A stretch of DNA of 64,000 nucleotides from Trypanosoma brucei (lineage: Eukaryota). Numbering within the stretch: the stretch's first letter is position 1; every line of letters starts with the position of its first letter. The translations under genes and the position numbers were made by a program. Of the stretch, positions 29,915-40,244 are shown piece after piece. The stretch covers positions 1,376,001-1,440,000 of the forward strand of contig CH464491.1 of the NCBI GenBank assembly GCA_000002445.1, read 5' to 3'. The notes below the pieces were generated by a model, which made no database searches, had not been told where the DNA came from, and was given only the letters and a program-made list of their open reading frames with translations.

Positions 29915-31400
29915 AACAATAAACAAACTATTCATAAATTTTCATAGACGGTACTTACGCATACAGCGCGTACGTGTGCGTATGCTTGTGCATTTCGACA
30001 CACATAGTGATAGGACTGTGGAAGGTGGAAGTGGTTTGGTCTTGTTGCTGAGTTGTTTAGCACATGGCTTTTTTTACTCACTTTCCACTGACCCATGACC
30101 ACTGTGGCTCGAGAGGTGTATTAGAGTCGCACTGATAGATGGAGAAGCAAACGAAAAGAAAGGGAGGTGATGTGAAGAAGAGGAAACGCCGAGCGGTGCC
30201 CCGAAGTTTATGGGCCGCGTGCGACGGTAAGCATACATCCAAACGTTTCTTGCTTCACCTTTTGCCCGGATTTCTTTTTTCGTTTTATTTCTCCAAACAT
30301 ACATTCCCATCTTATTTTCTATCTTCTTCAAACCTGGTGCCGTTTCCTCTGCCTCACTATTGTGTAGTAGAGGATCTGAGGGGCCGTAACCTTGGGTGCA
30401 CTACACGATGGTGCGAAGAGGAAAGATTAGGGACTGACAAAAAAAAACAAAAACAAACAAAAAAGTGCCGTGTTACTTGTTTAACTTTCTGTTACCCGCG
30501 AAAGTGGGTCGGGTCAAAGAGAGAGAATTTGTGCGGAGGAAGGAACGGAGAAACTGCTTGGGTGTTTTGTACTCTTTAGTTGCCGCACCTCTTCAGTTCT
30601 TACGTTTCTCAACGATGGTACAACTCTCTTTGCTGCTAAGGTACTTCCTCTTCATCCCTTTGATGATTGCACGTGTTACTGCGGAGATGGTTGAAAGGAA
30701 ACCGGAAAACTTAGCGCCTGAAGATGCGCTGCCACCTCATAGATTCGTATCCATAAAGCCACACCAGGTTATTTTTTTGTTTTATTTTGTTTTGTTTGCT
30801 CCTTTTTCTTTTTTTTACATGCACGCACCCAACTCTCTACGCGTTGAGACTGCATTTTCTTCACTTGCTCAACTCTGAAATTCACTCCTTCCTCTTCTGT
30901 TTTCGCGCGTAATCACGTGAAAGCCTCTCCGTAACTCAGCAGTGGAAAGGCCACATCACGCCGCACTAGTATCCACCCCTTTCTGTCCTTTCTTTTTGAA
31001 TTTTCAAACCTCGGACCGTCACTGTTTGCTTCAGCTTCCACTTATCACTGATTGTGTGGAAACAAAAGAGACTTACGGTGCGTGTTTTAACAACAACAAT
31101 AAGTTAACGGATAGGAACAATAATAATACCAATCGTTCTTGTTATCTGGGGGCTACTGCACTAAACGTGTTAACCAACGTGAGTTAGGGCAGTAACATCG
31201 GCGGTGTACATATATATATATATATATGTACATCAGATAAAAAGAGTATTCCAAGCAAAAGTAAAAAAGAACAACCAAACCAATTAAGGAGTAGGTGAGA
31301 AATCGAATAAAGTGGGAAATATTTGTAACAGTGGTAATAATACCAGTGCTTTCCGTCTCTGTGTATTTTAAACACCTTCCCAATACCAACGTTTTCAGCT

Positions 31401-34400
31401 ATGCCGCCGCGACCAGCAAAGGGACGTGCCGCGTTGTCATTTGTTGCATCTCGTGGTATTCCAGACAGCTTAGAGAGTTTTTTGGGCGATTTTTCACAAC
31501 CCGTCAAGAGCAACACAGAAGGGTCCGCTATGATGGAGGTGAATCTGAAGTTGCTGCAGAAAAGCAATGAAACAACCGTGCTCAAAGCTCTCGTGGAGCT
31601 GAACCGGGGGGCATCTGCTATGTCGGAGGAGGAGTTGGTGCATTACTTGCCGCAAGTCGTCGAGGCGGTCGTGCGGCACGCGGAGCACTCAAATGCATCG
31701 GTTCGCTCGGGTGTGTTTGCGCTACTGCATGAGTTTCTGTTACGCGGTTCATTGCTCCAACAAGCTGTGACCAAGCGCTTACCGAAACTTGCTTCTGCAT
31801 GGGTAAGTCGCATGTGTGACATGGAGCCGTCTGTACGCAGGGATGCATCGGATGCATTTAACGCTGCATACACTACGGAAGTACTTAAGCAACATGCAGA
31901 CAGTATTGTAACCGATCTTATTAGCAATTATGAGGAAATCATTGCCCAGAGCCGTGGAAAACCACTGCAGGATGACACGTTGGACCGTCGGTCGAACGCC
32001 CTCTACTCCTGCGTATGCGCTATGGGGCACATGTTACGTGTGGGTGCCCCTGCCTCGGCATGTCATAAGGTCATTGAGTTTGTAGAAGGGAATTCAGTGC
32101 AGCCGATTATGCCGCCACCTGAGGGGGTTACCAAAGGAAGTATGGTTGTTAAAGCTCCAGTTGTAAGGTCTGCTTCACTTATACTTCTGCGTGACATTCT
32201 TTCCTCAAAGCTGGCAACTTTAAGAGTTCATCAGCAGGTTTCTACTGCTTTATACAACGCGATGTCCGACCGTTGCGCTGTGGTACTCCGTAGGGCGTGG
32301 GAGCTTCAACTACTTTGGTTTGGTAGTGACTCTTCCAGTGCATTGTCTCACATGCAAGGCGGATTTCTCCGTGTGGTGATGAACAGTATCACGGATTGCA
32401 ACGACCCTGAGGTGGCAGAGATTATTTACCCGTCACTCGTACCATTGCTTGTTCCAGTCACTCGTTCTTCAGCCTTCGCCAGCGCGATTGAGGAATTCAG
32501 CGAGGTGCTTCAACGCAAGATCCTAAATGTCAGTGATGTGGTACAGCGGGAATGGGATTTAGTGCTTTCCTCACTAATGCGTGTGTGGGAACTTCGGTGT
32601 GTCCGCTCAGCGAAGCTAGGGGAGGGACACGAACGCGAAGGCGCCACGATGTTTTCTTCTATAGTAGCAACACTGGCCACAGCTCTCGAACAACCAGCGC
32701 GGCGGGGACGGCTTCTCAGCACAACAGCCTCCGTCGTAGCACAGACATTGGAGCGTGTAGCTCGTCATACTGAGTGCTTCAGTGAATGTGTGCAACTCTT
32801 GTGTGGCCCCACGGACTCTTTTTCTCAACGGACTGGTGGAGGGGCAAGCGCTGCACTGGTGGAAAGCTTCGATGTACTTCAGGCGGCATTAATTGGCTCT
32901 TCTGTGAGTTTACCGGGCGTGCTTGTCGGGGCGGAAACGCTTATGGCAAAGTACGTGGAAAAGAAACAATGGAACATTCTTGCGGAACTGTTGCAGTCAA
33001 TGACAGACGCGTATGGAAGTTGTGTTCGCGAAGAGCATGCACATTCTCCCGTGGGTATCCCTTCTAAAGAGATTCAAAAACTTGTTACGAACGGTGTTTT
33101 ACGTGCTGTGAGACTGAGCATATCAGCAGAGCGGAAGGATAGTGATGGGGTGGAACCGATGCACCCCCTTCAGCGGGTTCTCTCTTACGTCCTACAGTGG
33201 AGTGACGATGATGCACTTAGTGAACTGCAACAGATCGCTGCCACCGTGGGACCGGGACCGTTTTGGTTGAAGGATTTACTTCGAAGTCACGAGTTAAGGG
33301 ATCCTGAGCGGTTGATCACTTTGTTTTCAAAAGCTTGTGAGGAAGCTGACTTTCGTACAGTGGAGCTATGTGTGGATTCGCTTCTCGGCGAACAGGAGGT
33401 TAACCCCCGCCCACTGACGAGTGCCGAGAAGAAGGGGCTCAGGCAGGCTGTTCAGGAGTCGTTGCGGAAACTACACCTGCTAGTGTCGGTCGACAACGAT
33501 GAAAGTGAGGAAGAAGCAGAGGAGTCCTCCAAGGAAGGTGACAGCGGATCGGGTTACGATGGCAGCGGGGCAGGTGACAGCAGTGGTGACGAAGGTAGCG
33601 AAGGCGCTGCGGAGGCTGACGGTAGTGGAAATGAAGGCGACTCAAATAGCGGCACTTTGGTTCAACAGCAGCTCATCGCATGGGCGAGGTTTCTACGGAG
33701 TGGCGAGCCCTTCGCTTCACTTCTGGAAGTCAGTAGCGAGGACATCGATTTACCAATGGTATTCCGCATCGTTGCTTCCATCGCTCCGCGGTTGCATGCA
33801 GAGCAATACATGTCTATTAAGGCACTTCGCATGGCCCTGCAAATGGAAGAGGACCCACTTCTGGTGGCGATGTCAAAGAAAATACATTCTATCGATTCGA
33901 AGGCCTTCAATGTAGTCGTGGAGTCTATCGAACAACTGCTCAACTCGTACGGCGTCTCAGTGGAAGAGAGAGATACTGTATCACTGGAGTTGTTTGATAG
34001 TGTCATGAGCGACCCGCAGAGTAGCATCGCAGCGTGTGGGAGGCTGCAGCACATTGTGCCCTTCGCTTCTTGTAGTCTGATCCAAGGAATTGCGTGCAGC
34101 GGCGACGTCTGGTTGGAGCACCAAGTTCACCTACGTGCAAATGTGGCTGCCACAGGGACTGGGAAAGTACCGTTTGCGTTGTTGGATCAGTACTCTCCAC
34201 TATGCGGAATCGTACCATCAATGTTGCGTTGTGTACGAACCTCTCAACTGATTCACTTGCTTGCTTCCTCGGTGGAACTTAACTCAGCGAGTGCCGCTGT
34301 TGTTGGGCGGCCCCTGTTGCACGCCGCCCACGTGCAGGAGGTGCTGGCTGAGCCAACGAGGAGGCTGCTCGTGACAAAGCTGCTGCCGCGTGTCTTACTC

Positions 34401-36521
34401 TCCATCTCATCGCCCAAAGAAGTAGACACACTGCTCCTACGCGGAGAGGAGGTGCACAAACTTCTGTTTACGCTTGCTGTCGTGATCCGGGATACCGCAG
34501 TTCACTCCAGTGGTGACGCGTTCAACTCTAGCGTCCGGTGCATTGTAAGCACCATTACACAGTGGATTGCCGAAGCCGCTCTTCTGCATGTGGGCGATGC
34601 GCCGACACATGAAGAAGCTATTCGCCATTATCGTGCGTTATTTTCTACACTGGATGAAGCTGCTGACATTGTTGGGGATTCTTTTCTCGCTAAAGTTCCT
34701 TCTGGCGAAGCTGCTTCTGCTATTCAAGAATCTATGTGCATGATCCCTACACTGCATCCCAATACGGGATTGCTCGCGATGACGCTTCACAGGCATCTAA
34801 GTCATTTACCAGTTGTGAGGGGTGATACTGTCCGTCAGGTTATTGACTACGCCAGGAAAAAAAAGCCTCTCGATGGCCTCGAATTCCTGGCGGAACTCAC
34901 TTCCAGTCGCATTATTGACACGGAGGCCTACAACGAGCTTGTGCATGTCTTCACACGCTTGCTAGCGAGTTCCTTCAGACTTCGCTATATGCCACCGAAT
35001 AATTGCCTTGTTTCTCAAGCACCGAATGATGCACCCATTTCGTTATGCGATACTCAACGTGCAGTTGTCGCCGTTGTTTCGGCAAGGCGTGGTATTAACT
35101 TGCACAACCGCGTTGATGATACGTTACGGAGCTCCATAAATCTTGTGTTGTTCGACGCTGTGGCAGGATCTGTGGTTTCACTTAAGCAGGCGAACGAGGA
35201 GGAACTGTCACTCATGACTAAACTCATTGCCTTCACCTCGAACTGCCTTAGTGATTTGGGCTCGTCGGATGTGACGGTTCTGCGGGCTTCGGAGGTAAGC
35301 GTCACGAAGGTGGCTGCAGTTATGAATTATGCCTATCAGTGGCTCTGCGCCACCTCTATTACTCGGTTAGACAGCATTGGGATGGAGACTGTGACAAGTG
35401 CTATTCGCGCTATCGCGCTGCTTTCTAACTTAACACTCGTGCGCTCTGGGTTCGTTCTGCTTCCCATCATGCGGCCGATAACGGGAAGACGCTCAATGAA
35501 GGACATTCGGGAGGAGTTTAGTTCAAAGTCACCGGCAAAAGCAATAATATTCCGGAGGCAGGCGGCTGTAATTGCCAAAACGAACAAGCAAAAGTTAACC
35601 CTCTTTCCGCACTTGCTTGCGTGGTGTGTAACGCTCAGTGGTCCTGTGCAGGAGCGTGTAAGCAAAGAATGGCGAGAGGAAGTTTTTCAACTTCTTGACG
35701 TCTTATGCGCACTATTGCTTTCCCCGGCTGTACCAGGAAGCAAGCGGGTTGAAAATACATACCTTTGTAACGGTAATGGTAGTAGTGGTGCTGGTGAGCA
35801 GCTGGGTTTCGAAATAATTGCGTTAACACGTCCCAATGCAGCAGATCCCATGCGTGAGTTGGCGAAGGGCGCCGCCGCCGTCTTTGCCCTTTTGTTGCAG
35901 AGCAGCACACTTTCCATTGTCAAGAGTTGGCTTGAGACTGTGGAGCGAAAACTGCAGGACTATTTTTATACATTTGTAGAGGAGCACTTGTCACCATGTC
36001 TCATACGAGAGAGCCTCCTCATGGTGTTAAGCAAGAACCCAACCGGGGGCTCGACCTTCGACGTGAACGAAAGGTACACCGTGTCCGTGTGCACCTTGAG
36101 GAATCGCATTACACTTAAATATACGGTGGAAGATACAGATTCAACGGTTCATATAGAATTTAAGCCTGATTTCCCGTTAAGGCCCCCGGTGGTCACATGT
36201 GAAAAGACACGGGGCTGCGGGGTATCCGCGGACAAATGGCACGTGTGGATGCGGAAAATGACTGTATTGCTTTTCGGTGGGTCATCCAATGTATGGGACT
36301 GTGTGATGCTCTTCGGCAGGAATATGGACGAGCACTTTTCCGGTAAAGATCCTTGCCCCATTTGTTTTGCTATCGTTTCAGCTTCGAGTAATCGTCTTCC
36401 CGATATGCAGTGTGCAGTGTGCCGTAACTCTGCAATACACTCCGATTGCCTCTACTCGTGGTGGGCGACCGGGGGGCGAACCGTGTGCCCGCTTTGTCGT
36501 TCCCCATGGGTAGCAACCTAA
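31401..36521 (+). CDS. LTN1: Listerin (LTN1/Rkr1)-like RING E3 ubiquitin ligase, ribosome-associated quality control
   Basis: 1706 aa of mostly HEAT-like helices. The extreme C-terminal RING-H2 CPICFAIVSASSNRLPDMQCAVCRNSAIHSDCLYSWWATGGRTVCPLCRSPW matches the Listerin RING (CPICY...LP...C..C.N.FH..CLYKWF....CPLCR) in spacing and residues. An acidic Ser/Gly/Asp/Glu-rich insert sits mid-protein. Confidence 0.75.
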   Translation: MPPRPAKGRAALSFVASRGIPDSLESFLGDFSQPVKSNTEGSAMMEVNLKLLQKSNETTVLKALVELNRGASAMSEEELVHYLPQVVEAVVRHAEHSNASVRSGVFALLHEFLLRGSLLQQAVTKRLPKLASAWVSRMCDMEPSVRRDASDAFNAAYTTEVLKQHADSIVTDLISNYEEIIAQSRGKPLQDDTLDRRSNALYSCVCAMGHMLRVGAPASACHKVIEFVEGNSVQPIMPPPEGVTKGSMVVKAPVVRSASLILLRDILSSKLATLRVHQQVSTALYNAMSDRCAVVLRRAWELQLLWFGSDSSSALSHMQGGFLRVVMNSITDCNDPEVAEIIYPSLVPLLVPVTRSSAFASAIEEFSEVLQRKILNVSDVVQREWDLVLSSLMRVWELRCVRSAKLGEGHEREGATMFSSIVATLATALEQPARRGRLLSTTASVVAQTLERVARHTECFSECVQLLCGPTDSFSQRTGGGASAALVESFDVLQAALIGSSVSLPGVLVGAETLMAKYVEKKQWNILAELLQSMTDAYGSCVREEHAHSPVGIPSKEIQKLVTNGVLRAVRLSISAERKDSDGVEPMHPLQRVLSYVLQWSDDDALSELQQIAATVGPGPFWLKDLLRSHELRDPERLITLFSKACEEADFRTVELCVDSLLGEQEVNPRPLTSAEKKGLRQAVQESLRKLHLLVSVDNDESEEEAEESSKEGDSGSGYDGSGAGDSSGDEGSEGAAEADGSGNEGDSNSGTLVQQQLIAWARFLRSGEPFASLLEVSSEDIDLPMVFRIVASIAPRLHAEQYMSIKALRMALQMEEDPLLVAMSKKIHSIDSKAFNVVVESIEQLLNSYGVSVEERDTVSLELFDSVMSDPQSSIAACGRLQHIVPFASCSLIQGIACSGDVWLEHQVHLRANVAATGTGKVPFALLDQYSPLCGIVPSMLRCVRTSQLIHLLASSVELNSASAAVVGRPLLHAAHVQEVLAEPTRRLLVTKLLPRVLLSISSPKEVDTLLLRGEEVHKLLFTLAVVIRDTAVHSSGDAFNSSVRCIVSTITQWIAEAALLHVGDAPTHEEAIRHYRALFSTLDEAADIVGDSFLAKVPSGEAASAIQESMCMIPTLHPNTGLLAMTLHRHLSHLPVVRGDTVRQVIDYARKKKPLDGLEFLAELTSSRIIDTEAYNELVHVFTRLLASSFRLRYMPPNNCLVSQAPNDAPISLCDTQRAVVAVVSARRGINLHNRVDDTLRSSINLVLFDAVAGSVVSLKQANEEELSLMTKLIAFTSNCLSDLGSSDVTVLRASEVSVTKVAAVMNYAYQWLCATSITRLDSIGMETVTSAIRAIALLSNLTLVRSGFVLLPIMRPITGRRSMKDIREEFSSKSPAKAIIFRRQAAVIAKTNKQKLTLFPHLLAWCVTLSGPVQERVSKEWREEVFQLLDVLCALLLSPAVPGSKRVENTYLCNGNGSSGAGEQLGFEIIALTRPNAADPMRELAKGAAAVFALLLQSSTLSIVKSWLETVERKLQDYFYTFVEEHLSPCLIRESLLMVLSKNPTGGSTFDVNERYTVSVCTLRNRITLKYTVEDTDSTVHIEFKPDFPLRPPVVTCEKTRGCGVSADKWHVWMRKMTVLLFGGSSNVWDCVMLFGRNMDEHFSGKDPCPICFAIVSASSNRLPDMQCAVCRNSAIHSDCLYSWWATGGRTVCPLCRSPWVAT

Positions 36522-36973
36522 CGGCATTTGCCTCGTGTTGCCAGTGTGTGGTGTTTCAAGGATATTGTGAACAAATGCTTCACTTTACCGTCGTTGTTGA
36601 CTCCTTCCTTTTTTCAAACACATATGTCTGGTACCAAAGGCTCTTGGTGCCATTTACTGGAACGTTTTGTTGACCCTCCTGAAGTGTAATTGGTGTGCAA
36701 AGTGTGTCTTGAAGTGGATCTGTTACATCGTGCATCACAGATAGCTATCTTTCAACGTCGAATCCGCATTTTTTTCCCGTTAAAGCTAGGAAGGTAGACA
36801 TAAAAATACCCACATATATATATATACATTTATATATATTCAGCGTGATCGTGGTTACGGTAGTTTAGTTCTTCCGTCCAACATAAACCTGTTTGCATCG
36901 ATTCCTATTACTGCTAGCTTTTGCTCGTTGTCGGTGCCATCACCGTTGCTGCCGCGCAACTTCGTTTTTGGCA

Positions 36974-37918
36974 ATGGGGCCCCGCATATATCCGTTACAG
37001 CGCGAGTCACCATCCTCTCCCTCTGCTCGTGCCATCTTTGAGCGCACACGGCGGATGCATGCCGGGACTTTGAATATTTTCGCTGAGAACAACGGCGAGT
37101 GCGATGCGCAACCAAAACCGCAAACTCCACAACCAGAGCATGAGGCACGCAACGTGCAGCGCAATGAGGAGTCACAGGAGACAAGGGAATTCGGCTGGCC
37201 GCACCTTCGTCGTGTACGTTTGCCTACGCGACACGAAACACCGCAGGGTCTTCACCAGGTTCCCAGTGCTGCGGGGAAGGTTCAGCACATTCAAGTTGTC
37301 GGCGTTACTGACTCCTATAAGGATCCGGCGATGATGACGCCGCGGCGCACAGGATTACGCTGCTTTTCCCGTAGCCACTCCACTTCTATGAGCGAAATAA
37401 TGTGTCACGAGGAACGCGGCTGGTCACCTTCTCTACCGGCCTCTGTTGCGGGTAGCGCACCGGTCAGTAGGAGTAGCAGCCGCTGCAGTTCCCGAGGATG
37501 TAGGCGAGTGACTGATTACACCCCGCAGGAGCGCTTTTTTCAAGCTGTGCGAGATCATGTGCAGCGCAGACGCGGGGGTGCAACGGAATTTTACGTAAAT
37601 CTTGCACGTGGGCTGGTGGGGTCGGTTCCACGAAGTCGTGCAGAGATGACACCTCGCCCGTGGCGTCTGGATGAGGGGCCGGTAATTCACAAGTTGACAC
37701 TCGGCAGTTTCAGGGAACAGTTGCAGTCCTTAACGGGAATTGAGGTTTCCTTGGTAGAATTGGCGCAGATGGTGTGGGGAAAAGAGGAGTTCGAGCGGAA
37801 GGTACAAGAATGTCCAGACGAAGAGCAGTTGGCAAGTCTTAGGGTAACTTACCGCGAGTTTTCCACAGCATTCGGGGATAGCCCGTCTGGTGATAAATTT
37901 GCGACCTTCAAGATATAA
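36974..37918 (+). CDS. hypothetical protein (Ser/Arg/Pro-rich N-terminus, helical C-terminus)
   Basis: The ORF is open from 36893, but that codon is TTG. The first ATG is 36974 (MGPRIYPL...). No recognisable domain. Confidence 0.45.
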   Translation: MGPRIYPLQRESPSSPSARAIFERTRRMHAGTLNIFAENNGECDAQPKPQTPQPEHEARNVQRNEESQETREFGWPHLRRVRLPTRHETPQGLHQVPSAAGKVQHIQVVGVTDSYKDPAMMTPRRTGLRCFSRSHSTSMSEIMCHEERGWSPSLPASVAGSAPVSRSSSRCSSRGCRRVTDYTPQERFFQAVRDHVQRRRGGATEFYVNLARGLVGSVPRSRAEMTPRPWRLDEGPVIHKLTLGSFREQLQSLTGIEVSLVELAQMVWGKEEFERKVQECPDEEQLASLRVTYREFSTAFGDSPSGDKFATFKI

Positions 37919-38624
37919 AAAGGGGTCTTTCTGAAAATATTGTGTTGCATCTACAGGCGTTCCCATAGCTTCTCACCACCTGGGGTGCGAGGGACCATCT
38001 ATTTGGTTTAATTTAATTTTTTTGTGTGACGCTGGCAACCATAATTGTACTATGTGCTATTAGGTAATGTGGGGGTGTATTAAAAGTGAAGAATGAGTAG
38101 AAGAATGACACGGGAAGGAGAGGGGACAATTCGTGTTTGGTAGTGAACAATGGAAGGGAGACGTGTGCTTCTTCTTTTCATACTCTGCCTTTTAACTGAA
38201 GGGAGTTTCCCCTTCATTCCGCGCTCCCATTGTTGTTCTCGCGGTTTCATGTACTATTGCTACCGGTGTTGTTGTTGTTGATTTTGTTTTGATTATAGAG
38301 GGATATCCATAGAGGTAAAAGATTCTACTCCTACAAAACATGCACACATTGTTTCTTGACCCTTTTCGTTCGCTTTAACATCTCTGTACGTCGGGTTTGT
38401 TTGACTCCCTTTTTTCGGTGTCATTTATTTTCCCCCCTCCGAATTTCCTTTTTTTTTTTTTTAGAAACGTATCACATTATGTTGTATTTGTGTGTACGTG
38501 TTCATGCATAGATGCTTTGACATCTACGGGGCCGCAATGATTGTTCGTGTTGATTTTTGCGGTGTATGCAATCCGTTACCACGAAGGTGCGATCCACAAT
38601 TCAGTGCATGTGGTGTGTGCCATC

Positions 38625-38723
38625 GGCTCCCTCCGCTTTTTCGCTTCTTCTACAGCTATTTCTTTCTTCCATTTTGTTCTTGTTATTATCCCCCCCTGAA
38701 CATCTCGTTTACACCGGTTGCAG
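38625..38723 (+). promoter_or_regulatory. polypyrimidine tract + AG upstream of LRR gene
   Basis: CTCCGCTTTTTCGCTTCTTCTACAGCTATTTCTTTCTTCCATTTTGTTCTTGTTATTATCCCCCCC...GGTTGCAG, about 55 nt before ATG 38779. Confidence 0.5.
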
Positions 38724-38778
38724 ATTTATTTCCTGGGGGCTCGTTGCTGTAAAAGAAAAAATAATAATAACATCTTGA

Positions 38779-40101
38779 ATGAAAGTGGACAGCCTTCTGT
38801 CTCCTCGAAGTGCGTTCAGCACTGAAAATGACCCCTGTGGCTCCGTTGAGAGCGTCGCAAATGATGTGGCATCCGCCAGCGATGTTGTTGTCGCGTATCC
38901 TCAACCTGGAAAGCGATGGAGCAGAATTATTGCGGGGCCTGAACTGGTTGGGATGTCTTTGAAAGAAAATCAGATTAAGGATGGGAAGGCTCTGTGTATA
39001 TATGGTCATTGTTTCGACGATGGAATCATCGACTACATTACAAACGAAGTCCTTCCGGAGGCACGAGTGCTAACAAAGGTGGAAATAGCTGAGACAAAGT
39101 TTAGCAGCGCAGGTATGAAGATTCTCTTGAGGGCTCTCTGGACAAATTCTCCATGTGAGCAAATGGAGGAACTTCTGCTTCATGACGTGCATCTCCACTT
39201 TGAGGAAACTCTACAGCTAAAAGAAGTTATTATGAAGAATCGAAAGTGCCTGCGGCGTTTGGTTCTGCAACGTTGTCACATGGACGATAGCGCGGCTGAA
39301 CCCATTGTTCAGGCTATTTCGCACTGCGAGCAACTGCGGGAAGTGAACTTCTTGGATAACAACATAGTTCACGCACTGGCTATCCCCACGGAGAGGGAGG
39401 ACATTTTTCCACCAACGCTGCAAATTTTTGACATCAGCGGTAACCGTATAGAGCCAAAACACTTCACTGGTTTGGGCAATGCGCTCCGTCGTTGCATGGC
39501 AAACCTTCATGAAGTTTACTTGGCTCGTTGCTGTGTCACGGAGAGCGGACTAAAGACGCTGCTGTGCGGTGGGCTTTACAACTCACAGGTTCTTTCGGTG
39601 CTGAATGTATCGGCTGGACGACTTTTGCATACAGCTGGTAAGGTGCTTTCGTCGGTCATATCAGAATGTCCCAACCTTCAGCGAGTGTACATGCAGGACA
39701 ATCTCCTGGATGTAGAGGGGGCTGCTCAAATTGCTTTGGTTATTCCCTACGCTAAGAAACTTACTGTATTGGGAATGGGAAGGTGTCACTTGGGAGGTCG
39801 AGGGGCGCGTTATATTGCAGAAGCTGTGAAACAAAGCGCATCACTTCGAGAATTGGACCTCTCTGGAAATGGTGTGACGGATGAAGATGTACATCGGATA
39901 TGCGCTTGCAATGATGATGCGTCTTTTCGACTTTCATATCTTGATCTCTCTGATAATCCCCTCACGGAGGACTGCCGCTGCTCTCTCGAAACCCTTCTGG
40001 AACACCAGAAGGATAATTCATGCATTGTTGTCGTGCGTGGTACGGGGCTTGCGGTCGTGTCTTCTTATATGGAATATCATAATAAGCCCACACCTGGATA
40101 G
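38779..40101 (+). CDS. Leucine-rich-repeat protein (RNI-like / ribonuclease-inhibitor-type LRR)
   Basis: 440 aa with repeated LxxLxLxxNxI/LG modules (LRELDLSGNGVTDEDVHRIC, LSYLDLSDNPLTEDC, LQRVYMQDNLLDVEGAAQIA). Confidence 0.7.
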   Translation: MKVDSLLSPRSAFSTENDPCGSVESVANDVASASDVVVAYPQPGKRWSRIIAGPELVGMSLKENQIKDGKALCIYGHCFDDGIIDYITNEVLPEARVLTKVEIAETKFSSAGMKILLRALWTNSPCEQMEELLLHDVHLHFEETLQLKEVIMKNRKCLRRLVLQRCHMDDSAAEPIVQAISHCEQLREVNFLDNNIVHALAIPTEREDIFPPTLQIFDISGNRIEPKHFTGLGNALRRCMANLHEVYLARCCVTESGLKTLLCGGLYNSQVLSVLNVSAGRLLHTAGKVLSSVISECPNLQRVYMQDNLLDVEGAAQIALVIPYAKKLTVLGMGRCHLGGRGARYIAEAVKQSASLRELDLSGNGVTDEDVHRICACNDDASFRLSYLDLSDNPLTEDCRCSLETLLEHQKDNSCIVVVRGTGLAVVSSYMEYHNKPTPG

Positions 40102-40215
40102 ACGCCACTTTTTTATTTTTTTTCTCCTTTTTTCTCTGTGTGTTTTTTTTTCTCTTTCTTTCTTTCGAATAGGTGGGATTGTTGTATATTCACTTCTATT
40201 GCATTTAAATTTGTT

Positions 40216-40244
40216 CGCTTGTTTGCTTGTTTGCTTGTTTGCTG
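40216..40244. repeat. (GCTTGTTT)3.5 octanucleotide tandem repeat
   Basis: CGCTTGTTTGCTTGTTTGCTTGTTTGCTG 3' of the LRR gene. Confidence 0.85.

Noticed and set aside
31376-31400. Pyrimidine tract + AG ending 3 nt before Listerin ATG 31401 as the trans-splice site
   Set aside because: It would leave an implausibly short (about 2 nt) 5'-UTR. The functional acceptor is more likely one of the AGs after the long T-rich tract at 30770-31030. Not annotated as a feature.
36755-36770. TCGAATCC tRNA T-loop-like motif
   Set aside because: Flanking sequence cannot form an acceptor or T stem, and no D-loop or anticodon arm context is present. I found no convincing tRNA, SL-RNA (no AACTAACGCTATTATTAGAACAGTTTCTGTACTATATTG) or rRNA anywhere in the window.
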